Part shown: positions 20,179 to 29,622 of the stretch, piece by piece
Numbering within the stretch: position 1 is the first letter of the stretch
Layout of the letters: each line of letters begins with the position of its first letter
IMG/VR virus record: IMGVR_UViG_3300032281_000616
Location: 32,001-96,000 of that record
Source of the DNA: a virus
Lineage: Duplodnaviria; Caudoviricetes
DNA length: 64,000 nucleotides
Direction: 5' to 3' (one strand)
Translations under genes and position numbers: made by a program
The notes under the pieces: generated by a model
Databases searched by the model: none
Seen by the model: only the letters and a program-made list of their open reading frames with translations
Told to the model about the DNA's origin: nothing

Positions 20179-20516
20179 TCTAATTTTTTACTTAACCTGT
20201 TTCTCAATCCCATCGCTTCCCTTTTACTTTTTTCTCTCCTAAAGTTAGGATATACTGCATTATAAGCCAAGTCTACTTCCTTTTTTAAGTCTTCGACATT
20301 TATACTGCCACCGTAAACCATAAGTTTTAATCTATGTAATGATTTCCACGCTTCTTGTAAATCAGAAAAAGGAATTTCAATCCCATCCTCTACTTGATTA
20401 AGTCCACTGCCATCTGGAGCAGAAATGATTCCACCATGCCCAACAATTGATACATCATTATTTTCTAATATAGAACCGTATACCGTCTCCAAATTTATTC
20501 TATCGATTTTTTCCAT
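20175..20516 (-). CDS. Putative internal head protein
   Basis: TAAATA (minus 20522-20527); leader ends SILE. Confidence 0.5.
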   Translation of the reverse strand: MEKIDRINLETVYGSILENNDVSIVGHGGIISAPDGSGLNQVEDGIEIPFSDLQEAWKSLHRLKLMVYGGSINVEDLKKEVDLAYNAVYPNFRREKSKREAMGLRNRLSKKLD

Positions 20517-20537
20517 GATATTATTTAGTTACAAATA

Positions 20538-20783
20538 TTAGTCCAGTTGTTTAAACGCTCTTACAATCGCATCCGTATCACATTCGTAAATTCCAGAAGA
20601 ATTCACATTATTGAGTTCTACGATTTTCCACCAATCTCCAACCAATCCAAGATCTAGCACAAAAGCGTTGTCAATTGAACCAAACATCTTAACCATTCTC
20701 ACACATTCATGAAAAACGTCCTCATGGGGTTCCACTCTATAATGATGAACCTCCCTATTTACGATTTCATTCATATATGTCAA
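20538..20783 (-). pseudogene. Possible C-terminal fragment of an R2K-clade ATP-grasp protein
   Basis: AFVLDLG..WKIVELNNVNSSGIY resembles the ATP-grasp C-terminal D/ExN motifs; no N-terminal part; begins at the end of the ART-like gene. Confidence 0.4.
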
Positions 20784-21144
20784 CTATCACATCGGGAGAA
20801 ATAGTTCCAGCATATTGATAGGTATCACCACTCAAATTATTATCATCTATTTCCAAGAGAGCCGGGTCTAATTTACTGATGTCTATTTTCAATATTACAA
20901 TTAAATCTAACCAATCTTCATCAACTATATCTGATGTTTCAGCATAAGATTCTGCCACATTTGGATCATCCGACAAATACACGACATCTGGAGAAGAGTC
21001 ATCCCAAAATTTATTGATCCCACCTCGCAAGCCAGATTGTTTGATCTTACTTAATAACGGTTTATAAGTAGCGTGATATAAATAATCCGGTAAGTTTATA
21101 TACATATTTTCATATATAAGTTTAATATCTTTTAAATATTTCAT
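20767..21144 (-). CDS. ADP-ribosyltransferase-fold protein (H-x-T type; KptA/DarT/PARP-like)
   Basis: YLYHAT..IKQSGL..VYLSDD..AESYA..IVILKID; own TAAATA (minus 21150-21155). Confidence 0.6.
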   Translation of the reverse strand: MKYLKDIKLIYENMYINLPDYLYHATYKPLLSKIKQSGLRGGINKFWDDSSPDVVYLSDDPNVAESYAETSDIVDEDWLDLIVILKIDISKLDPALLEIDDNNLSGDTYQYAGTISPDVIVDIYE

Positions 21145-21152
21145 ATTAGTAT

Positions 21153-21650
21153 TTAATTCTTGGAAAGTCTCTCCAACACGCTCAGTTCTTCATCATCCAT
21201 CAATTCCTCCGATTCCTCGCTCTGAGATATACTCAAAGTTTCATAATCTATACACATAGGTTGAACCATTCCTCTGGGACCATATCGATTCTTGATCATC
21301 CCCAGCTTAACTAACCCCAACTCCATATCTTCTTCTGTTTGGAATATGGATAATATAACATCTGATACGTGCGCGATCCCCATGGAGTTTTTGGTTAATA
21401 TTCCATTACAATAAAATAATTGATCTCCAGTAACACTAATATCGACTGTTTCCATATCACCCAACGCCACAATGTCTAAAATTTCATCATTATATTCTAA
21501 TAATAAATCACTTTTATTATTTTTGTCTTCTTGTTCACTTAATACTAGATTAACCACCTCAACACATTGCTCGGTGTCAATATCTGGATTGATTAATCCA
21601 ATATTTTTCATCAATTCCACCCTCTCTCTCACAAATTTATCGTTATTCAT
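21153..21650 (-). CDS. gp41: Split intein C-fragment fused to the gp41 helicase C-terminal extein
   Basis: ETVDISVTGDQLFYCNGILTKN|SMGIAHVSD..GMIKNRYG: intein F/G blocks followed by the DnaB-family C-terminus. Confidence 0.92.
   Translation of the reverse strand: MNNDKFVRERVELMKNIGLINPDIDTEQCVEVVNLVLSEQEDKNNKSDLLLEYNDEILDIVALGDMETVDISVTGDQLFYCNGILTKNSMGIAHVSDVILSIFQTEEDMELGLVKLGMIKNRYGPRGMVQPMCIDYETLSISQSEESEELMDDEELSVLERLSKN
21387..21650 (-). mobile_element. Split intein C-part (IntC, 88 aa including an N-terminal extension)
   Basis: Ends ILTKN followed by a Ser +1 nucleophile. Confidence 0.9.
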
Positions 21651-22737
21651 TTCTTATCCTATTGAAGAGTTCTTTATGTGTCGGTAATTCATCAGCCCAC
21701 ACATATATTATCTTAAATCCTATATTTTCAGCTACCTTCTGTTTATACTGGTCAAATTCTAAAGATTTTTCATACGTTGTGAAATTGTTTTTCCACTCAT
21801 CTTTCCTCCTAGCGTGCCAAAAGGAGTCATTATATTCTATAATAATTCTTTTTGATTTTATTACGAAATCGTATGCGAAATTTTTACCACTTACAGAATC
21901 TTTCGTCACGAATTCCTTTTTCTTAGCTATACCCCAAACAATATCATCTTTAGATATTCCACTTTTTCTCAATAATTTATACAGTGGTATGAAATATTTC
22001 AAAGACGCTTTTGATACGTGACTACTAATAAACAGCGTCCCATTATTTTTCATTCTACTTTCTAATCTTTTTAAATTTGCTTGGCGATATTTTTCAACCC
22101 CCAACACTTCACCATATCTCTCCACGAATCCCTCAAGTGAATTCAAATATGGTCGAGTGATCGTTTTCATGATCTCTTCAACATCTTCTTTAGAATACCC
22201 CAAATCTTCCCAGTGTTTTCTACTGTTCGGTGCTTTTCTATTAACGTAACGTGTTCTAAATTTTTTTGGATTATTTAAAAACAAATTTTTATTCGCTTCT
22301 ATAGCCTTAACCACATTTTTGTTTTTATAGTCATAAACCTTTTGTATTGATTCCGCTTCACTAAATCCTTTGTTTATCCAATATTGTGTAACGTGGGGAG
22401 TTATCTTATCGACGCACAAAAGCTTAAGGTTATTGCTGTGTTTTTCACCAGATCCCTCACCATACCTGATATCCATTCGTCTTTTTGTTGATTTGGAATC
22501 ATAGTATTCATAAACCAATTCTTTAAGATTTTTGGGGTTGTTGTTGATTTTATTAATCTCTTCAATAGTTTTGTGTCTTTTATAAAAAACCTCTCTACCC
22601 ATTGGGTATAAATTATAATCATTTAAATAAATTCTATAGAATTCTTTAAGATTTGTTCCTGTGTGTATCCATCTATCAAAATATTCATCAAATTCACTCG
22701 GATCTTTGCATTGTCTTCTTTTCGGCTTATCGCTCAT
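21643..22737 (-). mobile_element. Free-standing Vsr/DUF559-like endonuclease between the helicase halves
   Basis: C-terminal FAYDF..IIIEYNDSFWH; repeated YWxxKGFSE and RYGE units; TAAATA (minus 22743-22748). Confidence 0.85.
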
Positions 22738-22768
22738 AACTATATTTAGTATCGGCGTTACGTTTATC

Positions 22769-24121
22769 TCAAATGCTATTCAATTTATCGCCAACATTTA
22801 ATCCTTCTCGAATCGAAAGTCTACCACGGTTACTTGGGAATTTGTGATCCTCGCTCACTATTATTTCCTTCCCAGACTTCAATCTGATTTTAAAGCATGG
22901 TTTTATTTTTTTATGATGTATCTGAGTTACTGTTTTGTATTCATCGTTTGATTTGATTTGATCTCCGAATTTCAAATCTCCTATTTTTTTATATTCTCCA
23001 CTTCTTAATGTGACCAACTGATTGACTTCTATACATTCTCCAATACCTTCCAAACCCGGATTTTCCTTACCGTATCCGGGTTTTGATAACTGACACGCTG
23101 AAAAAAACGGGCATTTGAAAATATAAGATAACGCTCTGATCTTTTCACAAATATGCTTCACTCTTTCATATGAATTAGAACCAGTTTCGGTCGTTAGCAA
23201 ACTTATATAATCAATAACCACGGCATCTATATTTTCTCCAGAGTCTTTAATTTTTTTTATAAATGCTTCTATTTGCTTCGGTGTTATACTAGATGGTGGA
23301 AATTCTTTGATCATTATTTTTCCATCTGGGTTATTCTTCTTTTCATCCATTAAAGCGTTTCGCAATGGGTGAGTGTTAAATTTAAAATCCTTCATCGGGA
23401 TTTTAGTGATATTGGCTGATATACGTTTGGCATACACCATTTCGGACATCTCCAGAGAAATTACAAGCACACTCTTGCCTTGTTTAGCGATGTTCGCGGC
23501 TACATTGCCCAGAAAAATACTCTTACCTATATTTGCCTGCCCAGCGAACATATAGAGTGCCTTACCAGACTCTAAATACCCACCTCCGGTAGCCTCGTCT
23601 AACCATTCCCACCCCGAAGAAATATAATTTTCGACGTTGAGGATATCATCAATGATTAAATCGACATCTTTGTAAATCTCAATACCTCTATCAATATTCA
23701 GATTAATCTTACAAATATCGTCAAACGCTTCAAGAACTTTCTGAGGATTTTTTACTTTATCCTCCGCATTCTCAGCGATGTCCAGCATTTGGACCCAAGT
23801 GGCTCTTTCCTTTAAAAACCTTTCTGTATTATCATACAATTCAGCATTGTCAAATTCTTTATCTAACTTTTTAAAAGATTCTAAAAGCTTTCTAAAGTTG
23901 TTTTTGAGAATATCATTGGTTAGATATGTCTTAACCTCTGTGAAGGTTGGAAGCTTTTTTCTCTTTTCGTAAAAGTCATTTACGATTTTGAAGTATTCGG
24001 CTATGTTTTGGTTTTCAAAGTATTCTGGTTTTACATAATCTGCAATAGTGTTTAAGTATACAGGGTCAGTGATCGCTTTATATGCTATCACAGTTTCAAA
24101 AAAATCCAAGTCAAGGGTCAT
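22769..24121 (-). CDS. gp41: Replicative helicase gp41 N-terminal extein fused to split intein N-fragment
   Basis: Walker A AGQANIGKS, SLEMSE, VIDYI, ACQL, then CIEV..SEDHKFP (intein blocks A/B) and a stop. Confidence 0.95.
   Translation of the reverse strand: MTLDLDFFETVIAYKAITDPVYLNTIADYVKPEYFENQNIAEYFKIVNDFYEKRKKLPTFTEVKTYLTNDILKNNFRKLLESFKKLDKEFDNAELYDNTERFLKERATWVQMLDIAENAEDKVKNPQKVLEAFDDICKINLNIDRGIEIYKDVDLIIDDILNVENYISSGWEWLDEATGGGYLESGKALYMFAGQANIGKSIFLGNVAANIAKQGKSVLVISLEMSEMVYAKRISANITKIPMKDFKFNTHPLRNALMDEKKNNPDGKIMIKEFPPSSITPKQIEAFIKKIKDSGENIDAVVIDYISLLTTETGSNSYERVKHICEKIRALSYIFKCPFFSACQLSKPGYGKENPGLEGIGECIEVNQLVTLRSGEYKKIGDLKFGDQIKSNDEYKTVTQIHHKKIKPCFKIRLKSGKEIIVSEDHKFPSNRGRLSIREGLNVGDKLNSI
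22772..23035 (-). mobile_element. Split intein N-part (IntN, 88 aa)
   Basis: Starts at Cys1 after GLEGIGE; block B IVSEDHKFP; ends GDKLNSI-stop. Confidence 0.92.
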
Positions 24122-24620
24122 CTTTATGTTTTTTACCGTATTCGTTTGCTGTATATAAACATTCCCACATAAATTTTGTAAAGAAATCCATTTTCTTGAC
24201 TATCGTTTTTGGGTCAGATCTATCTAGTTTATCTAAACCTAGATGTTGAGCGATATTTGATTGATTTGTTATCGTCTCGAATAATGTCAACCATAAGAAA
24301 CTGTTATAAATCGACAATCTTTCCATTGATTCTTTAGTTTGATTACCATCCTCATCAAATTTACACAGAGATAAAATTGTATTAAATTGGTATATGCTAG
24401 GTATAGTCGATGGATGCAACATATTAGGAAGATCCGCATATATGTATGCCATCACACCCGCTTGTGATAATAGAGACAATGCTTTCTCTACAGCATCGTG
24501 TTTATTTTTTTCCTCATCATTACAGATTTTTTTCCTATTTTCTCTTATCTGATCCACATTAACTTGCATATCTTTAATCTTACCCAAAGAACAAGCATCT
24601 TTTATTTCTTCATCTGTCAT
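24111..24620 (-). CDS. Hypothetical protein
   Basis: 169 aa ORF upstream of the helicase. Confidence 0.6.
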   Translation of the reverse strand: MTDEEIKDACSLGKIKDMQVNVDQIRENRKKICNDEEKNKHDAVEKALSLLSQAGVMAYIYADLPNMLHPSTIPSIYQFNTILSLCKFDEDGNQTKESMERLSIYNSFLWLTLFETITNQSNIAQHLGLDKLDRSDPKTIVKKMDFFTKFMWECLYTANEYGKKHKDDP

Positions 24621-24838
24621 ATTATTCCGTATTTCTCTTTTCTAACCTCTATTATTTTATCCTGTAAATCCTTTGGTAAATCCAAATATCTATAATTCAA
24701 TTTCTTTTCTAACTCAAAAATCTCTTCTGTTGATACTCCGCGATAATTTCTATAATTATCATCTGATCTCAAGGCTAAGATTATTAATTTTTGGTGGAAT
24801 GAAACCAATTCCGCAATTAATTCAGTTTGATCCAGCAT
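24617..24838 (-). CDS. Hypothetical protein
   Basis: 73 aa ORF with overlapping start/stop. Confidence 0.5.
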   Translation of the reverse strand: MLDQTELIAELVSFHQKLIILALRSDDNYRNYRGVSTEEIFELEKKLNYRYLDLPKDLQDKIIEVRKEKYGII

Positions 24839-25526
24839 ATTTGTTTAAGAACCATCGTTCACCGTTCAAAAAATCCTCTGTAAATTCTCTCAATCCCGGA
24901 GATTCATGAGTAATTAAAATATCACCAACTCCAACTTTCAATCCAGCTAAGTGTGCATTGAGGCTAAAGTCTAAATCATAGAAGTGAAATTTACAAGGAT
25001 TATTTTCGTCAAATCTTAACGTCTCCATAGCTTCTCTATTTAAAGCCATAAAAACACCATCAATCATTACTGCTCGGTGTGGATATGGTCCAAAGTTTGA
25101 AGGGTATTTTTGTAAATGTCCTATCTCTCCCCTATAAGCATGTTGAACACATCCATGTAGATTCCCTCCTTGAAATCCTCCACCCATCAAATGCCACAAT
25201 GCGGGTAACTTCAATTCTATTTTAGATGCTCCAGCAACCCCAACTACATCATATTCATCAAATAATTTCTCTAATTTGGGGATTGGGTCTTCTTCTAGAA
25301 TCACATCGTCATGAACTAAAATCAAACAATCTATATCGTCAGAAATAGCATCTTCAATGGCTTCATTATATCTTTTAGATAGCTTTTCTTTATTGTTTAA
25401 TAGATACCAATGTGCAGCATGACCAACAAAATCTACACACAATTTCCTAGTCGATTGGTGGATGGTTGTTTTTTCTGAATTATCCTTAGATGTGGCGGAT
25501 ATATACCGAACTCTTTTAATCTCCAT
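24822..25526 (-). CDS. Glycosyltransferase-like protein (GT-A)
   Basis: LSKRYN, LILVHDDV, IDGVFMA, FHFYDLD. Confidence 0.8.
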   Translation of the reverse strand: MEIKRVRYISATSKDNSEKTTIHQSTRKLCVDFVGHAAHWYLLNNKEKLSKRYNEAIEDAISDDIDCLILVHDDVILEEDPIPKLEKLFDEYDVVGVAGASKIELKLPALWHLMGGGFQGGNLHGCVQHAYRGEIGHLQKYPSNFGPYPHRAVMIDGVFMALNREAMETLRFDENNPCKFHFYDLDFSLNAHLAGLKVGVGDILITHESPGLREFTEDFLNGERWFLNKYAGSN

Positions 25527-25532
25527 GGACCA

Positions 25533-25561
25533 ATCCTAGCACGGGTGACTTCCTGAGTCAA
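25533..25561 (-). promoter_or_regulatory. Sigma70-like early promoter
   Basis: TTGACT-N17-TAGGAT, 6 nt before the ATG at 25526. Confidence 0.6.
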
Positions 25562-25578
25562 GACCCTAAATACCTTCA

Positions 25579-26304
25579 ATGACAGCAGAAACAGTTCTCT
25601 TTGGATATTTTGGGTCCAAGACTAGAATAGCATATAAATACCCAAAACCAATTTACGACACAATCATTGAACCTTTCGCGGGAGCGGCTGGATATTCATG
25701 TTTATATCCAGAAAAAAATGTTATTTTATATGAAAAGGATGAAATTATTGCTGGTGTTTTAGATTTTCTTATAAAATCAGAACCAGAAGATATCATGAAT
25801 TTGCCCCTGATTGCTCCGGGTGAAAGTGTGGATGATTATAATATTTGTCAGGAGGCGAAGTGGGCTATTGGTTACTGGTTAGCATCTGCAAAACAAAATC
25901 CCAATAAAAGATTATCTAAATGGGCTACAGAAAAAAGAATTTGGCCTGATTTGACTCTTAATTTTTGGGGAACTGGCTGTAGGGAAAGACTAGCGAAAAC
26001 AGTTTCTAAGATTGGGCATTGGAAAGTTTATCATGAATCTTGGGAGAATTCTGAAAGACATACTGAACCTGCAACTTGGTTCATTGATCCACCCTATATC
26101 AAAGAAGGAAAATGGTATAGGAAATCGAATAAACACATAGATTACGAAAAATTGGGTGAATGGTGTAAAACCAGACCGGGACAAACGATTGTTTGTGAGA
26201 GTAATGGAGCATCTTGGCTAGATTTTTCTGATCTATGCGAATTGAAAGGTGTTGGTAAAGGTAGAAAGCGTTCTACTGAAGTTATTTGGACACGAAACGA
26301 CTAA
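25579..26304 (+). CDS. dam: DNA adenine methyltransferase (D12/Dam class)
   Basis: YFGSK, IEPFAG (motif I), IDPPY (motif IV); TAAATA at 25567-25572. Confidence 0.85.
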   Translation: MTAETVLFGYFGSKTRIAYKYPKPIYDTIIEPFAGAAGYSCLYPEKNVILYEKDEIIAGVLDFLIKSEPEDIMNLPLIAPGESVDDYNICQEAKWAIGYWLASAKQNPNKRLSKWATEKRIWPDLTLNFWGTGCRERLAKTVSKIGHWKVYHESWENSERHTEPATWFIDPPYIKEGKWYRKSNKHIDYEKLGEWCKTRPGQTIVCESNGASWLDFSDLCELKGVGKGRKRSTEVIWTRND

Positions 26305-26312
26305 ATAGTATC

Positions 26313-28019
26313 ATGAATTTTGATTATTTCGTAGAACGTGCGGATATTTTTACCGAGATGGCTCGCGCAACATCTATTTTTGGAAATTTTCCAGAAGTTA
26401 GAGATGCATATGTTTCATTATACGCAAATATTAAAAATAGTGGAGACGTTAATCCATCACAAACCAGTCAAATAAGAAACCGATTGTATAATTTCACCGA
26501 AACATTTTTAAATAGACAAGATGAAAGTGTTATGAATTATTATAAATCTATAGCCACGAATAGCAATGCTCGTTTTGCGAATTGGGCAAAGATCATGGAT
26601 ACACTTTTAAACGAAGGTAAAATTGATTCTAAAGAATTAATATCTTTCTGGAACTCTATTTTTGAGGATAAAGCGGAGGAATCAACCACAGAAGATGGAA
26701 GTGATTTAGATTCGAAGATGCTTGATTATATATCATCAGATGATAGTGACGAGGTAGAAAGATTAAACTCCAATCTTCGTATAGGTGTCAATCGTAGGAT
26801 GAAAGAATTGACTAGTTCTGGTACATACCCGATGTCATATCTTCAATATACTAAATTGACATCTTATCTTGAACCTAGACTTCGTAAAGCATTATATGAA
26901 TCTAGAAAACTTAAAAAAACAAACAATCCAGAATCTCAAACAGAAGCATCCAAATCCGATCTGGAAAATCCTTATGGTGATGTTCAGGGATGGATCGAGG
27001 ATGCCGCAGAAACATTAAAAGAAGGAATTTTATCATATAAGGAATTATATGATTCTGGTGAAATTGAAATGGATGAAATTGTCGATAATTCTGGTCGTCC
27101 AGATAAATTAGCTCAGATTTTGGTGATGTGGAAACGAGAGAATTTTGAAAAGTCACTAAACGATATCGTCACATCATTCGCCAGTCTTCAAAATAAACCA
27201 TCTCCAGAAAAATTCATGGAGAAAATGGTTAGTTTATCTGATAAAATGGCTGATTCTGGGAATAAATCCGCATCCGCTTTATTCATGGCTCTTGGAAGAG
27301 AGTTTAAAGAATTATATGAAACCGAAGCACCTGAAGATTATACTGAAACCGATGAACAGCCTTATGCTGGCTTTGATCTAAGAGTTTTAAGAAAAATATT
27401 TCAAGGGGATGGGGGGGAACTATTTAAAGCTTGGTACGAATTTCGTAAGGCTTTACAAGAATTTAATTTAGAAAGATTAGACTTTAGAAAATCTAATAAT
27501 TTAATGGATGCTAAGGAGAAATTGAGAGCATTTGCTTCTGGTGAAAATATTTCTAAATCTCCCGATTCCGGTTTAACAAAGGCTATTATTAGACAAAAGG
27601 CAGTTATCGCTAATATGCAAGATGCTGGTCAAGACACAACAAAGGAAGAACTTCGTCTACAAAAAATGGAAGCTAGTTTGGGTAAAGAGCAATCTCCCGA
27701 ACCAAAGCAACAAAAGAATCCTTATCAAAAAACAATTGATGATTTACAAATCAAGATTCAAAATGCTGAAGAGCAATTGAAATATGCTGAACCTGAATAT
27801 GCAACACAATTAAAACAAAGTATTGCTCGTATGAACGCCGCCTTAGAATCAGCTTATCAACAGGCATCAGATTGGCAACCTGTTCAAGAATCAGTATTAA
27901 GTTATATGACCGAGCAAGTAAATAGGGATAATAAATTCTCTAAACAAAAGGGTCAATTTGTAGATAGAGGATTTAAGAAAGTCAAAAATTACAACCATTG
28001 GATGATCGTAAATGAGTGA
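26313..28019 (+). CDS. Large helical putative internal head protein (start reassigned from 26286 to 26313)
   Basis: TAAATA 26302-26307 lies 5 nt before ATG 26313; leader ends FTE-MAR; coiled-coil C-half. Confidence 0.55.
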   Translation: MNFDYFVERADIFTEMARATSIFGNFPEVRDAYVSLYANIKNSGDVNPSQTSQIRNRLYNFTETFLNRQDESVMNYYKSIATNSNARFANWAKIMDTLLNEGKIDSKELISFWNSIFEDKAEESTTEDGSDLDSKMLDYISSDDSDEVERLNSNLRIGVNRRMKELTSSGTYPMSYLQYTKLTSYLEPRLRKALYESRKLKKTNNPESQTEASKSDLENPYGDVQGWIEDAAETLKEGILSYKELYDSGEIEMDEIVDNSGRPDKLAQILVMWKRENFEKSLNDIVTSFASLQNKPSPEKFMEKMVSLSDKMADSGNKSASALFMALGREFKELYETEAPEDYTETDEQPYAGFDLRVLRKIFQGDGGELFKAWYEFRKALQEFNLERLDFRKSNNLMDAKEKLRAFASGENISKSPDSGLTKAIIRQKAVIANMQDAGQDTTKEELRLQKMEASLGKEQSPEPKQQKNPYQKTIDDLQIKIQNAEEQLKYAEPEYATQLKQSIARMNAALESAYQQASDWQPVQESVLSYMTEQVNRDNKFSKQKGQFVDRGFKKVKNYNHWMIVNE

Positions 28020-28449
28020 ATTTGATACATTATATAGAGAATTAATGATAGAAATGGCTAGACCAGCAACTTTTCTAGCATTCGATCAACAATTAAACAA
28101 TGCTTATGCTCAATGTTTGAAAATTATGAGAATGTATGGAGAAACAAACGCTCCAACTTTTGCTATTTGGGATTATATTTGGAGATGTTTACCATCCGAG
28201 GTCAAAGACGTTTACGGAGAAGAAAGAAAAAAACATAGTTCTCCAACATTAAAACATTTTATGTGTGATCTATTAAAAAACAAGCTGAACCCCCAAATTA
28301 GAGTTCAGCTTGTTGAAGATTTGACAAATGAATCTAAAATTAGATCGTATGTCAATAGACCTCTAAACGGTAGAGGTAATAGGGCTAAGGGTGCAGCTAA
28401 TCAATCAGGATTATCTCCTTGGTCATTAGATGATGTTTCTTCAATGTGA
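28012..28449 (+). CDS. Putative internal head protein
   Basis: Leader ends MIE-MAR, the same motif as the upstream gene. Confidence 0.5.
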   Translation: MSEFDTLYRELMIEMARPATFLAFDQQLNNAYAQCLKIMRMYGETNAPTFAIWDYIWRCLPSEVKDVYGEERKKHSSPTLKHFMCDLLKNKLNPQIRVQLVEDLTNESKIRSYVNRPLNGRGNRAKGAANQSGLSPWSLDDVSSM

Positions 28450-29618
28450 TCTAACTTATCTGAAACCTTTTGTTTCAGCTTTTTCAAAGTATCTAGTGGA
28501 TTCGATGATTCTTCCACCAATTCTTCCTCGTCATCATCAAATTCTGTTGGTATTTCTTCCACATAATCAACACCGTATGTCCACTCCTTTTGAATTCTCT
28601 TTTCAAACTCTGGAATTAAGGTATTTTCCCAAAGATCCTTATCTTTAGACCAAGATTTGAGATATCCTAGCTTATTACCGTTCCAATCATAGTAAGTAGA
28701 TCCCTTATTATCAATAATCTCTAGACCTTTCATCAACTCAGCTAATCCATAATATCTGTTAAGACCTGTTGAGAATGATAGATACATTTCACCTTCAAGA
28801 TATTGCTTAATCAAGCGATTCTTTACGGTTAATGCTCTGATTACAACACCTGAATACTTCTTCTGACCAGCAGCAAGTTTAGATTCGAGTGTTTTTCCAC
28901 CATCATCAGCAACTAATTTTCTAGCAAGTTGAACTGTTGTAGTTGGAAGATATACAGCAGCTTTTCCACCAGCAATATCTTTCTCAATTGTTGGAAACAT
29001 CTGTGCTGGATTATCATAAATATGGTTAGTCATAATAATCGGACATTTTGTGATAGTTGAGTAGATGTTGCAAGTCTTAAGAAGACTTTTAACAGATTTA
29101 GCGAATGTTCCCATATCAGCAGATTCACTATCCTTTTCCATTCTAGTTTTCTCCATTGCTGAAAGCATATTAGCAACTGAATCGATAGCGATAATGATCT
29201 TACCATGTAGATTGTTTTCTTCTACATGGGTTAAAATTTTCATCACACCATTTCGACATTGTTCGATGGATTTAGGATTGGAATATTTGACTTTATTAAC
29301 ATCCAAACCAAATCTCTTAGCACCTACAGCATCGATACCACCTTCTGTATCGAATAATACAACACCCATTCCTTGTCTTTGAGCATTTGCTAAGATTTGT
29401 AAAAGGAAACCACTCTTGAAAGTCTGGGAAGCACCTACAAACTGTGTAATACGTCCTTTGGGAATTCCCCTCTTTGTTGATCCAGAAATCAATGCATTAA
29501 GCATTAAACTCCCGGTATCAATCCAATCATCGTCTCCTAAAAACGATTCATTTAAATACTTTGCACTGATATCAATCTCGTTAAGAGAATCGAGTGCTTT
29601 TTTAATATCTCTATCCAT
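28401..29618 (-). CDS. uvsX: RecA-family recombinase, UvsX-like
   Basis: IDTGS..LNALISG, GASQTFKS, FDTEG, IDSV, AGGKA motifs. Confidence 0.92.
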   Translation of the reverse strand: MDRDIKKALDSLNEIDISAKYLNESFLGDDDWIDTGSLMLNALISGSTKRGIPKGRITQFVGASQTFKSGFLLQILANAQRQGMGVVLFDTEGGIDAVGAKRFGLDVNKVKYSNPKSIEQCRNGVMKILTHVEENNLHGKIIIAIDSVANMLSAMEKTRMEKDSESADMGTFAKSVKSLLKTCNIYSTITKCPIIMTNHIYDNPAQMFPTIEKDIAGGKAAVYLPTTTVQLARKLVADDGGKTLESKLAAGQKKYSGVVIRALTVKNRLIKQYLEGEMYLSFSTGLNRYYGLAELMKGLEIIDNKGSTYYDWNGNKLGYLKSWSKDKDLWENTLIPEFEKRIQKEWTYGVDYVEEIPTEFDDDEEELVEESSNPLDTLKKLKQKVSDKLDHIEETSSNDQGDNPD

Positions 29619-29622
29619 AATT

